Assembly: GCA_937864225.1 (NCBI GenBank)
Contig: CALMJK010000002.1
Coordinates: forward strand, 67,916 to 131,915
Reading direction: 5' to 3'
Length of the DNA stretch: 64,000 nucleotides
Origin: an uncultured bacterium
GTDB taxonomy: Bacteria; Krumholzibacteriota; Krumholzibacteriia; LZORAL124-64-63
In this document: one piece after another, positions 55,342 through 64,000 of the stretch
How positions within the stretch are numbered: position 1 is the first letter of the stretch
How the letters are laid out: each line of letters starts with the position of its first letter
Notes under the pieces: model-generated
The model's database searches: none
Told to the model about the DNA's origin: nothing
The model's input: only the letters and a program-made list of their open reading frames with translations
Position numbers and translations under genes: made by a program

Positions 55342-56529
55342 CTATTTCCGGTCGGCAGGCTCGGCCCCCGCGACCCGCGCGTCCCCCGGCGCGGGTACGC
55401 CGATCTTCTGCGCCGCGCGCGCGGCCGCCCTCAAATCCGCCAGCGCCTCGCCGACCGCCCGCACGCCCGCTTCCCTGGCCGCGATGGCGCCGCGCTGCGC
55501 GTGGAAGCGCAGGATCAGCCCGGCGCAGGCCAACGAGAGCAGCACGACCGCGTAGAAACCGGCCGCCGCCCGCCCGCCACTGCCGAGCCCCATGGCCACG
55601 GCCAGCGCGGCGCACGCGAGCATCGCGACCGCGTAACCCGCCGTCACGCCGGTGTGCGAACAGCCCGCGCGCACGAGCAGTTGATAGAGGTGGTCGCGGT
55701 GCGCGTCCCCCAGCCGCTGCCTTCTGAGAACCCTGCCCAGAAGCGTGAAGACTCCGTCGAAGAAGAACGGCCACACCACCAGCAGGGTCAGCACGAACAG
55801 CTGCGGGCGCGGCACGACGCACGACGCGTGCAGCACGCCGAAGGCGAGGAAGAACCCCAGCGGCAGGCTGCCGGCGTCGCCGAGGAAGATCCGCGCCCGG
55901 GGAAAATTGTGGCGCAGGAAGCCGAGGCTGCAGCCGGCCATGGCCATGGCCAGCCAAGCGAAGCCCGCGTCGCCTCCCGCCGCCGTGAACGCCGCCAAAG
56001 CCAACGCCGCCAAGACCGCCTGGAAGCCTGCCAGCCCGTTGATGCCGTCCATGAAGTTGAAGACGTTCGTGAAGCCAACCAGCCACAGCCATGAGAAAAC
56101 GGGGCCCCAGAAGCCCAGATCCACGGCCGGCAGCAGCGGGAACTGCAGCGCCGGCAACGCCAGGTCCCCCAGCCACACCGCCCACGCCGCCGCGCCCCCC
56201 TGCACCAGCAGGCGCGTGGACACGCGCAGGGAAGAGCGGTCATCGAAGAATCCCAGCGCCAGCAGCGCCAGCAACGGGATCGAAAGCGCCAGCCAAGTCG
56301 CGTCCAGCCGCACCCAGCCCAGGCCCAGCAGCGCGACATTCGCCGCCGCGTAGACCGCCAGCACGCTCAGCCCGCCCCCCCGCGGCACGGGCAACTCGTG
56401 CGAGCTGCGCTCGTTGGGGATATCGAGGATCGCATGCGATCGCAACAGACGAATCATGGCCGGCGTCACGGCCATGGTCACGGCGCCCGCAGCCAACATG
56501 ACCGCGATCATCGAAAAGGCGTGTTCCAT
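55342..56529 (-). CDS. UDP-HexNAc:undecaprenyl-phosphate HexNAc-1-phosphate transferase (WecA/WbpL, MraY-like GT4 family)
   Basis: 395 aa polytopic. DDRSSL, NVFNFMDGINGLAG and FLGDAGSLPLGF motifs. Confidence 0.8.
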   Translation of the reverse strand: MEHAFSMIAVMLAAGAVTMAVTPAMIRLLRSHAILDIPNERSSHELPVPRGGGLSVLAVYAAANVALLGLGWVRLDATWLALSIPLLALLALGFFDDRSSLRVSTRLLVQGGAAAWAVWLGDLALPALQFPLLPAVDLGFWGPVFSWLWLVGFTNVFNFMDGINGLAGFQAVLAALALAAFTAAGGDAGFAWLAMAMAGCSLGFLRHNFPRARIFLGDAGSLPLGFFLAFGVLHASCVVPRPQLFVLTLLVVWPFFFDGVFTLLGRVLRRQRLGDAHRDHLYQLLVRAGCSHTGVTAGYAVAMLACAALAVAMGLGSGGRAAAGFYAVVLLSLACAGLILRFHAQRGAIAAREAGVRAVGEALADLRAAARAAQKIGVPAPGDARVAGAEPADRK

Positions 56530-57010
56530 CTAGCCTCCGCCGGCGCCGACTGCTCCCTTAGCCAGCGACACTCCCTTCCCGGCACGCAACAGGTCTAGTC
56601 CACGGTTCTCCTCGACGCCATTATCGCGCCCCCCGCCCATAAGCGGGAGTGTTTTTCAGCGCCCAGGCCGCATCGGGATTTAGCCACGCTTCGAATCACA
56701 ACAACTCTTGCCGCCTTCGCCTTCCGATGTCTGCATGATGAGAGCCAAGACATGTCAACGTAGTTTGGCCAGTTGACCCCGGCAATGGCAAAGTGGCACA
56801 ATGGCCCAGCAGACAATCAAAACCCAGTTAGCATCCTCGTCTGATTGCGAGTGCATACCGAAGGACTTGAAGATCTCGTATCTCCGAGGCCGGCTTCGCT
56901 ATCCGTCCTATAGTGCGAATCAGCTAAACCATGCGCAGGCGTTCGCGCTCATCGTTGCCGCAGAAGTAGCCTTGTTGTCAAATAGACCTCACCATTAAGG
57001 GCCAGCTCCA

Positions 57011-57748
57011 ATGCACACCAAACGAGATCTTGACCGTTACCTGGACGCCGCCGTGCAGGATGGTCTCCATCGCAATAGAAACAACCTTGAGTTCCAGTTA
57101 CACTCACTTTTCGGCAAAATGGATTTCCTGAATAAAGCCGTGTTGGATGTCGGCGGGGGTTCCGGGCTCTACAGTTTTTATGCAGCGCTAATGGGCGCTG
57201 CAAGAGTAGTATGCCTCGAACCTGGAAGTCATGGAAGCTCGTCGGGCGCGATTAACAAATTCAATACAATGAAGCGCACCCTCGATATCAGCAATGTTGT
57301 ACTTATGCCCATCACTCTCCAGTCCTTGAGCACAACGAATGGTACATTTGACATCATTTTACTGCATAACTCCATTAATCACTTGGATGAAACAGCGTGC
57401 ATCAATTTATTAACGCATCCCGCATCCAGAGCGATATACAAAGACATTTTCTTGAAGCTCTATGCGCTGGCTAATGACGGCGCCGTATTGATCATCTGTG
57501 ACTGCTCCAGGCATAATTTTTTCGCGCGGTTGCAAATCCGCAACCCTTTTGCTCCCACAATTGAATGGCATAAGCACCAATCCCCTGAAGTATGGGAGAA
57601 ATTATTGCGCGAGGTTGGTTTTGCTTATCCTCATATATCATGGTCATCGTTCAATACACTACGACGTTGCGGAAAAATTCTGACTGGCAATAGACTTATA
57701 TCATATTTCCTGATCAGCCATTTTTGCCTTACAATGCACAAGACATGA
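57011..57748 (+). CDS. class I SAM-dependent methyltransferase
   Basis: VLDVGGGSGLYSFYAALMGA (motif I). 245 aa. Very low GC (about 42-45%) compared with the 70% flank. Confidence 0.7.
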   Translation: MHTKRDLDRYLDAAVQDGLHRNRNNLEFQLHSLFGKMDFLNKAVLDVGGGSGLYSFYAALMGAARVVCLEPGSHGSSSGAINKFNTMKRTLDISNVVLMPITLQSLSTTNGTFDIILLHNSINHLDETACINLLTHPASRAIYKDIFLKLYALANDGAVLIICDCSRHNFFARLQIRNPFAPTIEWHKHQSPEVWEKLLREVGFAYPHISWSSFNTLRRCGKILTGNRLISYFLISHFCLTMHKT

Positions 57749-57814
57749 TGGCGTTAGTCAGATGGCCCACGAGCCTTAAGTGAAGGCAGAATATCGGAGT
57801 GGAAGGGATCAGAC

Positions 57815-58630
57815 ATGGATGATCGTTCAACGGCAATAAGGATGCGGGAGAAGCAATACCACGATGCCTTCTATGCCGGGGATTCTCCACTCCCTGAAGT
57901 GGTCATAGCCGAGGTGAGGGAACTGTCCTTGAAACCCTGTTATCAGACAGGGAGAGACAAGTACTCAGATAACAAAATGGCCTTTCACGAAATCATCCAC
58001 CGGGATGGCGGATGGAGCGGCAAGCACGTTTTGGACTATGCGTGCGGACGAGGCTCTTGGGCCATCTACTATGCCCTCACCGGGGCTCAACGGGTGCAGG
58101 GCTTCGATATCTCTGAGACCGCTATACAGCGCGGGCGCGAGCGAGTAGAACGTCAAGGTCTCGCGGATCGCGTGGATTTAAGGGCCATGGATGCTGCGCG
58201 GCTTGATTACGAAGATGAAACCTTTGAGATGGTTATCGGAACTGCTGTTTTGCACCACGTCATAAAGTACCCACAGGTCTTTGAAGAACTCCATCGCGTG
58301 ATGGCCCCAGGCGCCAAGGCGTATTTCTTGGAAGGGCTAGCGGATTTTCCGCTTTTCCGCCTTTGGTGGAAAATCAAGGGAGAAGTACCCCAAGGGGACG
58401 TCCCCATCTTCTCGCGAGACATCCATGAAAAGGCCTCGATGTTCTCGAAAATTGTCATCCATGGTGATACGTTTCTCTATTCGGCAAAGACGATGCTTTG
58501 GAAGCCATCAATGGGGCGTGGCCGCAAGTCTCTTCTGAAAGTGCTTAAGGCGATAGATACTTTCCTTTTTCGGGTTTGTCCTGTTCTGCGTCGATGCGGG
58601 AGCTTCTCCTACATCGTTTTGACAAAATAG
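57815..58630 (+). CDS. class I SAM-dependent methyltransferase
   Basis: VLDYACGRGSWAIYYALTGA (motif I)...MVIGTAVLHHV. 271 aa. Confidence 0.7.
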   Translation: MDDRSTAIRMREKQYHDAFYAGDSPLPEVVIAEVRELSLKPCYQTGRDKYSDNKMAFHEIIHRDGGWSGKHVLDYACGRGSWAIYYALTGAQRVQGFDISETAIQRGRERVERQGLADRVDLRAMDAARLDYEDETFEMVIGTAVLHHVIKYPQVFEELHRVMAPGAKAYFLEGLADFPLFRLWWKIKGEVPQGDVPIFSRDIHEKASMFSKIVIHGDTFLYSAKTMLWKPSMGRGRKSLLKVLKAIDTFLFRVCPVLRRCGSFSYIVLTK

Positions 58631-58724
58631 CTCGGTCCGTAGCCTGTCTCACCGCAGCGACTCGCTGTGCGGGCGGGGAATGTCTGGATGACTCTGATCC
58701 CCTTGACATGGTCGGCAAACCGCC

Positions 58725-60095
58725 ATGGCGTTCGAAATTAAAAAGCGCATCTACGACTCGCTACCCGCGAGCGTGCAGTCGCTGGTCGGGCTTGTGCCTT
58801 TTGCCTGGCTGGCCGGGCAGTCCTATCGCCGGACGATGGCTCGGGGACGGTTCTTCGAAACCGCCTCGCGCAAGGACGTGCGTGCCTATCAGGAACGCAT
58901 GCTCGGCGCGATGCTGGATTTCGCCACGTCTGAAGTCCCCGCCTATCGCAAACACCGCTCTGCAGTTGAGAGACTCTCGCCATTCGAGGCGCTCAAGGAG
59001 TTTCCTCCGCTGAACAAAGAGGATGTCCAACGGGACTTCGAAAGCTACCTGCCCAGAACTCTCCGACACATTCCCCACTACGAGATCTCTACCGGCGGCA
59101 CGAGCGGTGACCGCCTCCGCCTGTACGTCGACGACGTGTCACAGTCCGTGGAAACCGCCTTCGTGCATCGCGTATGGAGTCACGTCGGCTATACACCGCG
59201 CGCGCGGAAGGCGACCTTCCGTGGCGTCACGTTTCGGGATTTTCCACCCGACGTCTATTGGCAAGCCAACCCCATTTACAACGAACTTCAGTTCTCGCCC
59301 TTTCATATGAGCGAGAAGACTTTGGATCTCTATGCCAGAGCCCTGATCCGATACGTTCCCCGATACCTTCACGGCTACCCATCGGCCATCGATTATCTTG
59401 CCTCACACATGCTTCAGAACGCCATGTCCGCGAACATGCCTTCGATTCGCGCGGTTTTCCTGACTTCGGAGGCCTGCACACCGGCGCAACGTCAGCGAAT
59501 CGAACAGGCCTTCCGAACCAGGGTCTTCCCCCTGTACGGACACAGTGAACGTCTCATTCTTGCCGTTGAATGCGAACACGCGCAGGTCTACCACCACGTT
59601 CCTGACTACGGCGTGCTGGAAATCTTCGCCGAGGACGGAACGTGCTGCGAAGAGGACGGACAGCGAGGCGAACTCGTGGGCACCGGCCTCTTGAATCGGT
59701 CGATGCCCCTCATTCGGTACCGTACCGGCGACTACGCCACGAGACGGGCATATGCATGCGCGTGCGGTCGCAATTGGGACCGCTTCGCGGAACTCGAGGG
59801 GCGCTGGAAACAAGATATGCTGCTCGGCAAAACAGGATCACGGATATCCATCACGGCGCTCAACATGCACGGGTCGGTGCTCGAACATGTCGGCCGCTTT
59901 CAGTACAGACAAACAGAGCCAGGGCGTTGCTCGCTCCGCGTGGTGCCCGCCGTCGGCTTCACAGATGCCGATGTAGCCAGAATCGAAGAGGCGTATCGCG
60001 CCAAAGTGCGCGATGAATTGGATGTCGTCGTCGAAATCGTCGGCAGCATCCCCCTAACAGCCAGGGGCAAGCTCAAGGCGGTTGTCCGGGAGTGA
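58725..60095 (+). CDS. adenylate-forming enzyme, phenylacetate-CoA ligase / CapK / coenzyme F390 synthetase family
   Basis: 456 aa. ISTGGTSGDRLRLYV (AMP-binding motif), YGHSERL, IRYRTGDYA, LTARGKLKAV. This family is typical of capsule and O-antigen modification loci. Confidence 0.7.
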   Translation: MAFEIKKRIYDSLPASVQSLVGLVPFAWLAGQSYRRTMARGRFFETASRKDVRAYQERMLGAMLDFATSEVPAYRKHRSAVERLSPFEALKEFPPLNKEDVQRDFESYLPRTLRHIPHYEISTGGTSGDRLRLYVDDVSQSVETAFVHRVWSHVGYTPRARKATFRGVTFRDFPPDVYWQANPIYNELQFSPFHMSEKTLDLYARALIRYVPRYLHGYPSAIDYLASHMLQNAMSANMPSIRAVFLTSEACTPAQRQRIEQAFRTRVFPLYGHSERLILAVECEHAQVYHHVPDYGVLEIFAEDGTCCEEDGQRGELVGTGLLNRSMPLIRYRTGDYATRRAYACACGRNWDRFAELEGRWKQDMLLGKTGSRISITALNMHGSVLEHVGRFQYRQTEPGRCSLRVVPAVGFTDADVARIEEAYRAKVRDELDVVVEIVGSIPLTARGKLKAVVRE

Positions 60096-60243
60096 TGGGC
60101 GATCAACCACACGATCAGGGCCACCGCGTGCGCTGATTCCTTAGGCATCCGCTTCTTGGACTGTCGCGAAAGTGCGGATTCAAGACCTGCCGCCACGATG
60201 CCCAAGCCGGGGCCGTGCCGGCACTTGACACGCTTTCCGCACC

Positions 60244-63015
60244 ATGCTTGAGTTCGCGATCGTGGCCGCAACCAAGAAAACGTCAGGCGTTGACGCCCCG
60301 CCGCTCGATCAAGAACCAGCGGCACGCATTCTTTTGCTCGGCCCCCAGACCAATCGCCGCAATCCCACCATCACGGGCGGCACGGTGGCCTTTCACGAGA
60401 CCATGCGGGAGTATCTCAGCTCTCGATGCGATCTATCTGTGCACTGCATCGACACGAATAAGGTCAATTATGGCGGAAGACTCAAGGCGGCGCTGGCGAT
60501 CTTGCATCAGGGGATCAGCGAAATGCGCGCCGCTGAGGTTCTGTTTATCAACGGCAGCGCCAATGATTATCTGTTTCTCGCGCCCCTGCTCGTGGCCCGC
60601 GCGCGACAATTGGGCGTAAAAACTGTGTTGCGTAAGTTTGCCGGCGACTTCGACCAGCGTTACGCGCGTTGGCCTCGCCCCGCTCGGGCTGTGGTTGCCC
60701 GCATGCTAAGAGCGGCGGATGTGCTCTTCTGGCAGACCCGCAATTTGGTGGAGTTCGGGAAACTCTTCAATCCGATCAGCCTTTGGTTTCCCAATGTGCG
60801 TCCAGAACCGCCGGCTGCGCTCATAAAGACAAGACCGCGTTTCGAGCGCCGTTTCGTTTTTGTCGGCCATGTGGTCCGCGAGAAGGGCATGGCCGAGCTG
60901 AAAGCCGCGGCTGAAAAGTTGCCGGAAAGCTATTCCGTCGACGTGTACGGCCCGCTTATGGATCCGGAGATAGATGCAGCCTGGTTCGCTGGCTCGCGCA
61001 TCGTCTATCGCGGCGCGGTGCCGCGCGAGCAGGTTCTGGCCCGCCTGGCCGAGTATTCCGTGCTGGTGTTGCCTTCATGGCGCGAGGGGCACCCTGGCAT
61101 CATCATCGAGGCACTTTCCTTGGGTTTGCCCGTGGTTGCCACGCGCGTTGGCGGCATCCCGGAGCTTGTCGAAGACGGCGTCAACGGCTTTCTCGTCGAA
61201 CCGCGTGACGCGGAGGCTTTGCGTAAGGCCATGCTGCGCATCGGAGATGAAAACTACGCCACGCTTTCCGCCGCGGCGCGCAGCACCTTTTCGCAGTTTG
61301 AGAGCAAGTCCGTCTATGATCGGTTTTTCGAGCAGGTCGTAGCGCTGGCGGCCGTGGCCAGGGGAAATCAGCGTCGCAATCGCGAGGACAGGGCGAGGCC
61401 AAATGCGTTTCGCCCTCTTGTCGGCACCCGCGACTGTGTGAGACGCGGCCTGCGTCTTTTTGAAACCGTGCGTTGGTTGAAACCCCGTCAACTCCTGGCC
61501 AGGATTCTGCGCCTCGTTCGCCTGCGCCTGGGTTTGAACCGCTTGCGTCCCGCCAAGGCCCCCGGGGTCACTCTGCTGAGACTCGGGGAAGGCTTGCCGG
61601 TGCGAGAGAGTTATCGTGAGGGCGTTTTTACATTTCTGAATCGGGCCGAACATTTCACCGATGGCATTGATTGGGAATGCGGCAGACATGGCCGGCTATG
61701 GACCTACAATCTGGGATACTTCGATTTTCTGCGGCAGCAAGACATGGGCCGTGAGGAAGGGCTTGCGCTGATACGCGACTTTCTGCGCGATCTCCCGGCT
61801 CGCACGACCGCTCTCAACCCCTACCCTCTATCCTTGCGCGGCGTGAACTGGATTCGTTTCCTATCCCGCTGGCAGGTGCAGGATCACGAAGTGCTAGACG
61901 CTCTTTATGCCCAGTACCGCCATCTGCACCGCAACGTCGAGTACCACCTGATGGGTAATCATCTGCTTGAGAATGCGTTTTCGCTGCTCTTCGCGGGACA
62001 GTTCTTTGGTGAGCATGCATTTGGCCGCACGGCCGCTCGACTTCTACGCGGGCAGTTGGCTGAACAAATCCTGGATGACGGAGCCCACTTCGAGTTGTCA
62101 CCCATGTATCACTCCATAATCCTGGAACGGCTATTGGACGCAAACGATCTGCTGACTCATAGCCACACGCCAGACCCCGGGCTCGCCACGATTCTAAGAA
62201 ACAGCGCATCCTCCATGGCTAGCTGGCTAAGACAGGTCACCTTCTCAGACGGTAGCTTGCCAGCCGTCAACGACACCGTCCAAGGCATCGCGTCCAGTCC
62301 CGCCGACTTGCTGGCCTACGCAGACAGTCTCGCCATCCAACCCGACGATAAACCGCTTGGCTCATCCGGCTATCGCATGTTCAGAAAAATTGCGTACGAA
62401 GCGTTCGTCGATGTCGGTCACATCGGGCCTGACTACCAGCCGGCGCATGCACACAGCGACACTCTGAATCTGCTGCTCCAGGCCCACGACCAACCGTTTA
62501 TCGTGGATACCGGCATCTCCACCTACGACGATTCTCCGCGGCGCCGGCATGAGCGCGGCACGGCAGCCCACAACACGGTCGTCGTGGACGGCGAGGAACA
62601 GAGCGATCTGTGGAGCGCGTTCCGCGCCGGCCGCCGCGCCAAGATCGTTCATTTGCGCGAAAGATCAGACCACGTCTCAGCTATCCATGATGGGTATCGA
62701 CGGCTTGGCTGTCTTCATAGCCGCGAGCTTCGCTTCGGCGATAATGAGATTCAACTTGTCGACCGGCTCGAGTCAAGCGGCGGGCATGTCGGCCAGCATG
62801 CGGGCCTGGCTCGCTTCCACCTGCATCCCGATGTTCGGGTGCACAAGCGCGATGCCACATCCGTTCACACAAGTCTCGGCGCATTTGTTTTCGCTGGCCA
62901 CGCGGATCTGTCCATCCAAGAGTACGAGTGCTGCAACGGGTACAACTGCCGTCGCTCGGCCAGCGTTCTGTTGGTCAATTTCCGTGGCACACTGCGAACC
63001 AAGATTTCGGTTTAG
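60244..63015 (+). CDS. two-domain protein: N-terminal GT4-family glycosyltransferase fused to C-terminal heparinase II/III-like domain
   Basis: Single 923-aa frame. GT4 C-terminal motif EGHPGIIIEALSLGLPVVATRVGGIPELVEDGVNGFLVEP. Downstream ...NHLLENAFSLL...SPMYHSIILERLL...GPDYQPAHAHSDTLNLLL...HNTVVVDGEEQS fits Hepar_II_III. Start codon uncertain. Confidence 0.65.
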   Translation: MLEFAIVAATKKTSGVDAPPLDQEPAARILLLGPQTNRRNPTITGGTVAFHETMREYLSSRCDLSVHCIDTNKVNYGGRLKAALAILHQGISEMRAAEVLFINGSANDYLFLAPLLVARARQLGVKTVLRKFAGDFDQRYARWPRPARAVVARMLRAADVLFWQTRNLVEFGKLFNPISLWFPNVRPEPPAALIKTRPRFERRFVFVGHVVREKGMAELKAAAEKLPESYSVDVYGPLMDPEIDAAWFAGSRIVYRGAVPREQVLARLAEYSVLVLPSWREGHPGIIIEALSLGLPVVATRVGGIPELVEDGVNGFLVEPRDAEALRKAMLRIGDENYATLSAAARSTFSQFESKSVYDRFFEQVVALAAVARGNQRRNREDRARPNAFRPLVGTRDCVRRGLRLFETVRWLKPRQLLARILRLVRLRLGLNRLRPAKAPGVTLLRLGEGLPVRESYREGVFTFLNRAEHFTDGIDWECGRHGRLWTYNLGYFDFLRQQDMGREEGLALIRDFLRDLPARTTALNPYPLSLRGVNWIRFLSRWQVQDHEVLDALYAQYRHLHRNVEYHLMGNHLLENAFSLLFAGQFFGEHAFGRTAARLLRGQLAEQILDDGAHFELSPMYHSIILERLLDANDLLTHSHTPDPGLATILRNSASSMASWLRQVTFSDGSLPAVNDTVQGIASSPADLLAYADSLAIQPDDKPLGSSGYRMFRKIAYEAFVDVGHIGPDYQPAHAHSDTLNLLLQAHDQPFIVDTGISTYDDSPRRRHERGTAAHNTVVVDGEEQSDLWSAFRAGRRAKIVHLRERSDHVSAIHDGYRRLGCLHSRELRFGDNEIQLVDRLESSGGHVGQHAGLARFHLHPDVRVHKRDATSVHTSLGAFVFAGHADLSIQEYECCNGYNCRRSASVLLVNFRGTLRTKISV

Positions 63016-63017
63016 CA

Positions 63018-63908
63018 ATGCAACATGTCCTGATCATTGGAGCGACTGGATTCACCGGCCGCTATGTGCTGGATGAACTGTCGCGCTCGGGCCGATACGA
63101 TATCAGCCTGTTTGTGCGCGATCCGGCCAAGTTGTCTTTTTTGCCGACCGCCTCCGGGCGCAGAGTTCACTATGGAACAATAGAGGATATAAAGGCTCTT
63201 ACGGCCGCTCTGCGTGGTGTCGAAATTCTGGTGTGCACCGCATCTCTTGGCTTCGGTCACGCGCCGAATCTCCTGCAGGCCTGTCACGACGCATCCGTAC
63301 AACGAACCATCTTTTTTAGCACTACCGCCATCTTCACAAGGCTGAATCCGCCATCCAAGAAACTGCGCCTCGCCGCGGAAACGGCTATACAGGCGAGTGG
63401 GCTCGATTATACGATTCTCCGTCCCACGATGATCTATGGCGCGCGCGGCGACCGCAATATTTTCCGCCTCATCCGCTATATCGACCGCATGCCCATCATT
63501 GTCATACCCGGCCGGGGCCACAATCTGTTGCAGCCCGTTTTCGTGAAGGATCTCGCAATGGCGGTGCGCCAAATCCTGGCAGAACCGTCGACAATTGGGA
63601 AATGCTATACGCTTTCAGGACGCGATGTCATTCCCTTTGGCGACCTCGTGCGCTACTTGGCTTCCGCCCTTGAACGACGACGTATGTATTTGCATATCCC
63701 AATCTGCCTAGCTACCGCGCCCCTGTCGGTTTTGAACGCATGCGGCCTTCGCACGCCCATAAAGGTTGAACAGATTTTGCGCCTCCAAGAGGACAAGACA
63801 TTCTCTTTCGATGAGGCCGCCAACGATTTCGGCTACGCACCATCTTCCCTCGCTGAAGTTCTTCAAGCCGAGGTGGCCGAATATCTAGGCGACACTGGAC
63901 GGGCATAA
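63018..63908 (+). CDS. NAD-dependent epimerase/dehydratase family protein
   Basis: MQHVLIIGATGFTGRYVL Rossmann GxxGxxG. 296 aa. ATG 3 nt after the upstream stop. Confidence 0.8.
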   Translation: MQHVLIIGATGFTGRYVLDELSRSGRYDISLFVRDPAKLSFLPTASGRRVHYGTIEDIKALTAALRGVEILVCTASLGFGHAPNLLQACHDASVQRTIFFSTTAIFTRLNPPSKKLRLAAETAIQASGLDYTILRPTMIYGARGDRNIFRLIRYIDRMPIIVIPGRGHNLLQPVFVKDLAMAVRQILAEPSTIGKCYTLSGRDVIPFGDLVRYLASALERRRMYLHIPICLATAPLSVLNACGLRTPIKVEQILRLQEDKTFSFDEAANDFGYAPSSLAEVLQAEVAEYLGDTGRA

Positions 63909-63910
63909 TC

Positions 63911-64000
63911 ATGAAGATCTGCATTATTACCCACTACTATCCGCCAGAGATTGGAGCGCCGCAGGCGCGCCTTTCGGAAATGGCACGCGCGTGGGTCAAG
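63911..64000 (+). CDS. GT4-family glycosyltransferase, 5' partial (continues beyond window)
   Basis: MKICIITHYYPPEIGAPQARLSEMARAWVK is the characteristic N-terminal HYYPPE motif of WcaI/WbuB-like GT4 enzymes. Confidence 0.6.
   Translation, partial: MKICIITHYYPPEIGAPQARLSEMARAWVK

Noticed and set aside
56530-57010. Possible tRNA or small RNA gene or integration site in the 480-bp non-coding gap at the GC break
   Set aside because: No cloverleaf-compatible stems, no CCA/T-loop (GTTCxAxTC) motif, and no flanking direct repeats seen. Treated as a divergent promoter region only.
60244-63015. Splitting the GT4-heparinase frame into two genes
   Set aside because: No in-frame stop between the domains in the supplied ORF track, and no convincing internal RBS plus start at the domain junction. 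Kept as a fusion but flagged for resequencing.
1-64000. Mobile elements, CRISPR arrays, rRNA or tRNA
   Set aside because: No transposase or integrase-like translations, no regularly spaced short repeats, and no rRNA-like conserved stretches were seen in any frame or strand.

Overview
This is a 64 kb high-GC (about 70%) bacterial chromosomal window. Most genes sit on the minus strand and there are about 49 protein-coding genes. I saw no rRNA, tRNA or CRISPR array, and no transposase or integrase. The gene content points to an FCB-group lineage, possibly Gemmatimonadota-like: GWxTD-domain proteins, a T9SS-style C-terminal sorting domain, a PorV/PorQ-like barrel, and Bacteroidetes-style ExbB/ExbD/TonB genes. 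That lineage guess is tentative.

Layout from left to right:
- 0-9 kb: an envelope cluster (ExbB-ExbD-ExbD-TonB-TolC-ABC ATPase) bracketed by two GWxTD-domain paralogs.
- 9-16 kb: a 2.85 kb gene for a ~947-aa secreted protein with Asp-rich Ca-binding-like repeats and a FlgD-Ig/T9SS-type C-terminal domain. It occurs twice as an ORF-precise perfect duplicate, and the two copies flank a small PorV/PorQ (FadL-like) beta-barrel gene.
- 16-19 kb: a SusC-like TonB-dependent receptor with a near-consensus sigma70 promoter.
- 19-23 kb: a Dpp/Opp-type ABC importer (BCDF) with no substrate-binding protein gene.
- 23-28 kb: lipoate-protein ligase plus gcvT-H-PA-PB.
- 28-31 kb: uvrA.
- 31.5-35 kb: a plus-strand operon of one SPFH (Band_7_1) protein plus three paralogous zinc-ribbon proteins, joined by ATGA overlaps. 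This is my best candidate for an undescribed system.
- 35-51.8 kb: housekeeping, transport and unknown-function genes: cyclophilin, class-V aminotransferase, OmpA lipoprotein, TrkA/TrkH, an Na/Pi symporter with a long N-terminal extension, a TPR/Cys-rich membrane protein plus DUF4388 pair, an aminotransferase, an M16 peptidase, pnp and rpsO.
- 52-56.5 kb: the high-GC side of a polysaccharide locus: PglF-like dehydratase, APS kinase, an RHH regulator, and a WecA-like initiating transferase.
- 56.5-64 kb: an abrupt drop to about 45-55% GC. This low-GC block carries two SAM methyltransferases, a CapK/PaaK-like ligase, a GT4-heparinase II/III fusion, an epimerase and a GT4. It looks like a horizontally acquired glycan-modification island.

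Start codons come from the supplied ORF frames plus RBS, overlap and N-terminal homology. Where I cross-checked my nucleotide reads against the ORF frames they were sometimes one base off, so all nucleotide-level element coordinates are approximate.
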